The translations under genes and the position numbers were made by a program. DNA of 50,933 nt from the NCBI GenBank assembly GCA_030167865.1, contig JALAGF010002054.1:1-50933 (forward strand), in the 5' to 3' direction. Below, in pieces: positions 45,276 through 50,933 of the stretch; positions within the stretch are counted from its first letter, which is position 1; the number at the start of each line of letters is the position of its first letter. The notes beneath the pieces were generated by a model that was given only the letters and a program-made list of their open reading frames with translations, was not told the DNA's origin and did not search any database. The stretch is from Craspedostauros australis (Eukaryota).

Positions 45276-45683
45276 ATGTCTTCCAACTCCACACGCAATC
45301 CAAGCATGATGCTCATCGTCCTCGCGATCATCGCGATGATTCAATCGACGTCGGCATGGTCCATCGGTCCTTTCGCGATGAGCGTTCCCATCGTCAAGCC
45401 AAGATCAACAATGACAGCAACAGGCACAGCGACAGGGGGTTTGCCAATTGCATCGGCATTCATGCCAACAGGCGTCACAGCTGATCTTCTGGACTCCGAA
45501 TCCGTGGTTGCCAATGCCAGAATGCAGCCAACGCAGCTCCCCAGCCAACTGTCAGCATCGGGATCGGCAGTTGCTCCCGAGATCGTGGTGGATGCGACGT
45601 CCTTCACATTGGACGATTCATTCCGATCGTCGACTGTCGATATGCTGTATCACCAATCCATGCAGCGAGCTGGTTTGGAGTGA
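45276..45683 (+). CDS. Small hypothetical protein with N-terminal signal peptide (135 aa), possibly plastid-targeted
   Basis: ATG follows a CA-rich leader. MMLIVLAIIAMIQSTSA/WSIGPF has a hydrophobic core and W at +1 of the likely cleavage site (ASAFAP-like). Confidence 0.7.
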   Translation: MSSNSTRNPSMMLIVLAIIAMIQSTSAWSIGPFAMSVPIVKPRSTMTATGTATGGLPIASAFMPTGVTADLLDSESVVANARMQPTQLPSQLSASGSAVAPEIVVDATSFTLDDSFRSSTVDMLYHQSMQRAGLE

Positions 45684-45922
45684 ACGTTATCGTGAACGCA
45701 ACTGCGGACAGAGAGAGAGAGAGAGTCGATCTTCTATTCCAGGATGAACCCTTCGAATCATCCAATTTTCAACACTTGCAATCAGGAGCAACTTGTGTTC
45801 CTCGACAAGGAGTGCCATCACTGCACCATACAAAACAGAATAGACTTAACATACACTACAATAGAATACAATGAGTACACGACACAATCCAATCTTATGC
45901 GATGTCCTTATTATCGACTTGC

Positions 45923-48900
45923 TCAGTGCATGAATGTGGACTCGAACATGTCTTCGCTGCAGTCCGCGTATCCTTGGATGAGCTCCATGTTCGTACTAAA
46001 CCGCTGTTGCCGCAATGGTTGCTGCAGCTCTTGGTATTGATGCGGATAGTGAGCTTCCTCTGGCTCATCTTCTGCATTTCTGTAGCTGTTGTGGATGGCG
46101 TCGTGGGTATCGTTATCTGGCTGGGTATACAATGGCGCATCTTCACGCACATATGCCGTCCCGTTGACATCGTCCACCAGCATGCCATCGTTGTCGTCGT
46201 CACCGTTATAGCCATGATCATTCAATTGCGAGGTCTCCTCAGTTGCTTTCTCATCGTCCACATTCGCTTGATCGTCGCTTGCCTCCTCCAGCATGTCGTC
46301 AGAACCATTGGATTCAATGTTCATGGCGGAGGCAGTCGTTGTAGAAACATCTGCGATCGCTTCGTGACGTGCTTCCTCTTCCGCTTGTGAGAAAACTGCC
46401 AACCAATTCTGCTGCAGCTCGTCGTGCTGTCTCCCTTCTGGCATGATTTCCATCTCTTGAGACAGATCGCCGCTGTTGTTCGATGTTGTCTCTGTTTTGT
46501 TTACCATGGTGGCCACCTTGGCAGAGTTGAAGATGGCAGCTTGTGCCTCATGTTGATGATGGTGTGCCTCCGGCTGTTGCTGTTGGTGAGAATCACCTGC
46601 TGATTTTGGGACGCATGCACCTGTTTGTGGTGGAGGCACAGGGTCGGTCCGAACCTTGGAATCGGGCGCCATTTCGGTTTCAGCGACGTGTGCTTCATCT
46701 TGGGACGCACTTGCTGCAGATGCTGCTGCTGCTTCCACCAACGCTTCCAGTGTTGCGGGAGGCCGACTTGCGGCTGGGATGTCGTTGGCGATCGCTCCGT
46801 TCTTCACGATGCTCACGCTGTCACTTATGCCCACCGTTGCTGCAGCGTCAGCGATCCTGTTACGTTTGCTTGCCTTATCATCCACAGTGCTCACAGCTTC
46901 GCTTATGTCCTCATTCGCATTTGCGGTGAAAGTTGTCGCTTCATTGTCTCCAGCCACCGGCGCGCTGGTCTGTTCGATGGTTTCAGTGATTGTCGCGACA
47001 TCGCCCCCGTTCATGTCAACACGGTGCTCACCCGTCATGCCTATGCCCTCATCGTTCCCATTCCCGTTGCCGCTGTCTTGTTCAGCAGTTTGCCGGTCAG
47101 TGGAAGCGTTCGTTGACGCAGTCGCGACATGATCGTCACCGCTTTCATCAATCTCTCCTTCCTCTTCATTCTCGCTACTGCTCTCACTGTTGCCATTGCC
47201 ATTGCCATTGCCATTGTCTTCGCTATCGGCATTGCCAGTGTCAACAGCAGCGTCAACTTCACCCTCCTCTGCGGCGCTGTCGCCATCGCCTTCGTCATCG
47301 TCCATGACGGGAAAGAATTGGAAGGTGGGAAGTTCGTCGTCACATTCTGCCGCCCACAGCTGCAATGATCTTACCTCATCTTCGCTCAGTGGAGACCGGC
47401 GATGATCTCGTCGCTTGCGTCGCCTTAACGACTGTTGGTCATCGGCGTATCCCAACTTCGCCATGTCGTCCAGGTTTCGAATGTGGTATCTCACGCCTGA
47501 TAGGCATCTCAGGAAGCTCAGCCCTTCGATTTCCTGGATGCCGGCATCATTCGAATTCGAATCCGTGTTGGCGACACTGGGGAAGTAATAGCGAATGCCA
47601 TCCTTCCGGAAACCGCTCTTCTTCAGCATCGTCTCCGCTTCTTCATCCGTGATCGGGGCGTACGAGAGTCTGGGAATGTCCCAACTCTTAATGTTCGCGA
47701 ACATGATCCACCTCTTGAGATCGGTTTGTTCATCTGCGGTCAGCCTGTAGAGATTGTCTTGGTAGAGAGGAATACCCTCTCGGCACAGGAATTTGCGAAG
47801 AGCGTTGATGCTCTCGAATCGGTCCAGGTGCGACATGTTGGCAGACGTCTCTCCCGGGAGCCGGTACGTGCCGCTGTACGTGCATCCGCACTTCATGAGC
47901 AGATTCCAAGCCACGGATGTTGTTACCAGCGGCTCGAATGGAATCGTTCCTTGTGGGAAGTCGTCTGAAGTTGCCGATGCGTCAGCTTCGATCTCGATCT
48001 GACCTTCAGATTCGGATTCAACCTCTATCTCAGTGTTTGTCTCACTTTTCATGGAGGCATCACCATCACAACCGCCCGTACCATGCTTGCTTCCGCTGAC
48101 AGCATGATGCGAGTGTTGGCTGTCGATCTTTACACCACTAGCTGCTTCACGATTGTTGTCGCGACTACCTCCACTGTTGGTGCCATCATCGTCGACAGGC
48201 AACCCATTCATCGCGGTGTTCTGTTCTCCCTCCTCCTCTCTCTGCAATTCCACACCGTCTACGAGGTTAACCGCCTCATTCTCTTCTTCCTGTTCTTTGC
48301 CGTCGCTACCATCAGCGGCATCCTTGCTTTTCTTGTGGGACGGGTTGAGGATATGCAGTGTTTCCCACTGCGCACTTCCATTTTCCAATTCACTCACTTC
48401 GATGTCCTCGTAGGACTTGTCCATTTCGGCGTGATCACTTTCTGGGTCGTCACCGTAGGTTGGAATCGGCGCTCTTGAGGTTGCCAGCCACAATCGCAGG
48501 GCCAGCTCCTCGCCATCATTCAGAATCTGTTTGATTTTGGTGGTTGCTCGTCGTGCCTTGCGTCCGGTTCGGGAGGAGGTGGTGTTCTGTTCGGAGCACG
48601 CCTCCTGAAGGTCTGGAATGCCCCGCAGGTACCGTCGCAGATGCTTCAGGCTGACGAATTGCTTGAGCGGCAGCCCGCTCTGCGGTGGCGCAGTGATCAT
48701 GCCTGTCCGCGGAGCTTTCTGGAACCCATACTTTTGCAACAACCCCCAGGCTTCCTTGGAAGTCAGCAGCCTCGTATCCAGCTTCTGTGCGAGCCAGGCC
48801 GACTTGGGATCGTTGCTGTGCCGCGCAAGAAGCTCAACGATGCACCGCGTGCGCTCGTCCAGTTCCTCCACATTGGGAATGCCATGCGTCAGAAAGAATC

Positions 48901-50716
48901 GGAAGGGAGCATTCTTATCGCAGAAACGCTGCGAGTAGATGGCGGGGTTTTGGTTGGCCATGTAGTACGCTCCATCGCTGGTGGAATGCTTCATGCCAAT
49001 GGCCTTGAGCAGCGGGTGGCGTTTGGTCATGCTCAGAATCGGCATGTAGTGCATCCATGGTGCCACGTTGTCTTCGCGATCGCACTTGACATTCAGCACC
49101 GTGTTTCTGCGTCTCTGTTGCAGATGCGCATCTTGTTTCAGACGCTTTTGTCCCTTCTTTTGTTGCCTCTGCTTCTTGGCAGGCGGGGTGCCGCGCTTGC
49201 CTTTCTTCTGGGCAGGTGACGCTTTGGGGCCGGTCTTGGTCGATTTTGGTTTCGGAGAGGAGGTCTTCTTGCGTGGCACATCAGCTGCCTTTGGTAGTTG
49301 GTCATGAACTGACTTTCTCTTGACACCCTTCTTCTTGAGAGTTGTTGGAGCGGAGTTGCTTGTGGGAGCTTCTGTGTTTCCGGTTGCGACGGCAGATGTG
49401 GGTGTGGGTGTGCTGGCTGCACCAGTTGTTGAACTCCAATTGTAGTGCTCATAGCAGAAACGCTTCAATTCATCCCTCGTCATGAGAGGGAAGGGAGATG
49501 CGGAGCTGGATGGGACTTGGTACATGAAGATGTTTTGGTTCGTTTGGGAGGCACCTCTCGCGTTGCCAGCGTTGCTGCGATCCACTCTGCGGGATGTCAT
49601 GCCAGCAAAGGTGAGCTTGATCATGACCGCGGCAAAGTCATCGGTTGGTTCCAGCGGCGAATCCAGTTTCGGTGGAACGGGCGGTGGCGCCGTGCTGGTC
49701 GATTTCGCTGTAGGCGTTGATGGCGCAGACTGGCTTGTGGTCTGATGAGCGTTGATTCGCAAATCCTTGGCAGTTGATTGCTGTTCGCTGCGCAAGGGGA
49801 TGACCGTACTTGCACCAACGGAGCGATCATCCGTGGTGTTGCGAGTGCAGGTGGAGACCGATGTCGAGTCTTCCGCAACGGAAACGGCCGCAACACTCCG
49901 GCTATCCCAATGTGTCTCTCTTGGAGGTCGCTGTGGTTGTGCTGGCTGAGATTGCAACTGCTGCTGTTGTTGCTTTGGGGGGAGTCCCAACCGTTGTCTG
50001 CATCTTTGCTCAAACAAGGTGTATCTGTGCTCGTTGGTCACGGCTGCGCCCCCAACGGAGACCGCCGTCTGCTTGGAGGTCCTGCGTTGTTGGATGTACG
50101 ACATGACTTCATCCAGAGCTCGGTGGAAGATGATCCAGTCGTCGTCCGCGGCAAAGATCTCGCGCCGGTTCATCTGATGGTACATGTAGGGCTTTCTGCC
50201 TCGCAGGAATTCCGTGCACTCGTTGACGTGGCCCTTCGTGAGGACCATGATTTCCAACGGATATCCGAACAGCTTGGCGAGCAGAGGTTGAGCATGCTGT
50301 TGGTTCGACGGTGCATCCATTTCCAAGCAATCATCGGCGCTGAGCATGGACTCCATGAAAATGGCGGTGAGTGTCGTCTGTGCATCGTTCCATTGTTGCG
50401 GTGGCATGATCTTCTCCAGATCCTCCAGCATCTCATCAAAGTCAGGATACACCACAGCGGGCCAATGGATCGGAGGCGATTCACGTTGTTGCTGCTGCTG
50501 CTGTGTTGCGGGAGTCTCCGCGAGGTCTGGTGATTGTGCTTGTTGCACAGGCAGAGAGGTGGTGTGGAGGGGAATCCACATGAGCGTCGGTCGCATGATC
50601 TGCGTCGCTTTCATCGTCTGTCGTTGCTGTTGCTGCTGCTGCTGCAGTTGAGAAGAAGGATCCATGGTGTTGGGCGCCCGTTGATCGGCAACTTGCGAGG
50701 TAGCAGCTGCTATCAT
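45923..50716 (-). CDS. Large putative nuclear protein (~1597 aa): PWWP-like N-terminus, basic NLS-like region, internal repeated domain, acidic disordered tail
   Basis: Open frame of 4.9 kb with first ATG at 50716. LMWIP...HWPAVVY...AKLFG is PWWP-like; KKKGVKRK and PAKKQRQQKK are NLS-like; LL-x-K-x-G...Y...F-x-S...LR modules recur. Confidence 0.85.
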   Translation of the reverse strand: MIAAATSQVADQRAPNTMDPSSQLQQQQQQQRQTMKATQIMRPTLMWIPLHTTSLPVQQAQSPDLAETPATQQQQQQRESPPIHWPAVVYPDFDEMLEDLEKIMPPQQWNDAQTTLTAIFMESMLSADDCLEMDAPSNQQHAQPLLAKLFGYPLEIMVLTKGHVNECTEFLRGRKPYMYHQMNRREIFAADDDWIIFHRALDEVMSYIQQRRTSKQTAVSVGGAAVTNEHRYTLFEQRCRQRLGLPPKQQQQQLQSQPAQPQRPPRETHWDSRSVAAVSVAEDSTSVSTCTRNTTDDRSVGASTVIPLRSEQQSTAKDLRINAHQTTSQSAPSTPTAKSTSTAPPPVPPKLDSPLEPTDDFAAVMIKLTFAGMTSRRVDRSNAGNARGASQTNQNIFMYQVPSSSASPFPLMTRDELKRFCYEHYNWSSTTGAASTPTPTSAVATGNTEAPTSNSAPTTLKKKGVKRKSVHDQLPKAADVPRKKTSSPKPKSTKTGPKASPAQKKGKRGTPPAKKQRQQKKGQKRLKQDAHLQQRRRNTVLNVKCDREDNVAPWMHYMPILSMTKRHPLLKAIGMKHSTSDGAYYMANQNPAIYSQRFCDKNAPFRFFLTHGIPNVEELDERTRCIVELLARHSNDPKSAWLAQKLDTRLLTSKEAWGLLQKYGFQKAPRTGMITAPPQSGLPLKQFVSLKHLRRYLRGIPDLQEACSEQNTTSSRTGRKARRATTKIKQILNDGEELALRLWLATSRAPIPTYGDDPESDHAEMDKSYEDIEVSELENGSAQWETLHILNPSHKKSKDAADGSDGKEQEEENEAVNLVDGVELQREEEGEQNTAMNGLPVDDDGTNSGGSRDNNREAASGVKIDSQHSHHAVSGSKHGTGGCDGDASMKSETNTEIEVESESEGQIEIEADASATSDDFPQGTIPFEPLVTTSVAWNLLMKCGCTYSGTYRLPGETSANMSHLDRFESINALRKFLCREGIPLYQDNLYRLTADEQTDLKRWIMFANIKSWDIPRLSYAPITDEEAETMLKKSGFRKDGIRYYFPSVANTDSNSNDAGIQEIEGLSFLRCLSGVRYHIRNLDDMAKLGYADDQQSLRRRKRRDHRRSPLSEDEVRSLQLWAAECDDELPTFQFFPVMDDDEGDGDSAAEEGEVDAAVDTGNADSEDNGNGNGNGNSESSSENEEEGEIDESGDDHVATASTNASTDRQTAEQDSGNGNGNDEGIGMTGEHRVDMNGGDVATITETIEQTSAPVAGDNEATTFTANANEDISEAVSTVDDKASKRNRIADAAATVGISDSVSIVKNGAIANDIPAASRPPATLEALVEAAAASAASASQDEAHVAETEMAPDSKVRTDPVPPPQTGACVPKSAGDSHQQQQPEAHHHQHEAQAAIFNSAKVATMVNKTETTSNNSGDLSQEMEIMPEGRQHDELQQNWLAVFSQAEEEARHEAIADVSTTTASAMNIESNGSDDMLEEASDDQANVDDEKATEETSQLNDHGYNGDDDNDGMLVDDVNGTAYVREDAPLYTQPDNDTHDAIHNSYRNAEDEPEEAHYPHQYQELQQPLRQQRFSTNMELIQGYADCSEDMFESTFMH

Positions 50717-50933
50717 GGGATTTGTGTGAAGATGCACCTGCCGAAGCCGATGATGATGTGCGTATGTGCTCAAAGACCCTTGCGCCCTGCTGTATTCCAA
50801 GCTGATCGAGGAGGGAACGATACGAAGCCAATCAGTTAGTGCCAAATCGCCGACAAGCGAGACGCCCGTTGCTTCACGATGATGCCAATCGTTGTTGCTG
50901 TTGATGCAGCAGTTCTGGCCTTGGTTGGAGTTG

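Overview
Eukaryotic nuclear DNA, most likely from a diatom or related stramenopile. Evidence: GT-AG introns of 173-308 nt, GC-rich codon third positions, bipartite signal/transit-type N-termini, and diatom-style LRR and 'WY...RGLE' proteins. The species cannot be determined from the sequence. The left ~8.4 kb looks unstable: a decayed FAD-monooxygenase gene, a ~2.2-kb block present twice (each copy encoding a divergent LRR/RNI-like protein), and a frameshifted tail-anchored protein gene between the copies. Recognisable genes follow: a 4-exon gelsolin/severin, a 3-exon formate-tetrahydrofolate ligase, a plant Shaker-like K+ channel with CNBD and ankyrin repeats, an IGPS-like TIM-barrel protein, a type II membrane LRR protein, eIF2B alpha, RPS26, a MYND-finger protein, a small signal-peptide protein and a large PWWP-like repeat protein. 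The two most striking observations are (i) four paralogues within 19 kb sharing an uncharacterised domain that always starts with a PP1-docking-type RVxF motif, one of them beside eIF2B alpha, and (ii) LRR paralogues whose substitutions concentrate on predicted exposed beta-strand positions. No rRNA, tRNA, CRISPR array or recognisable transposase was seen. All functional calls come from reading motifs by eye, not from database searches.
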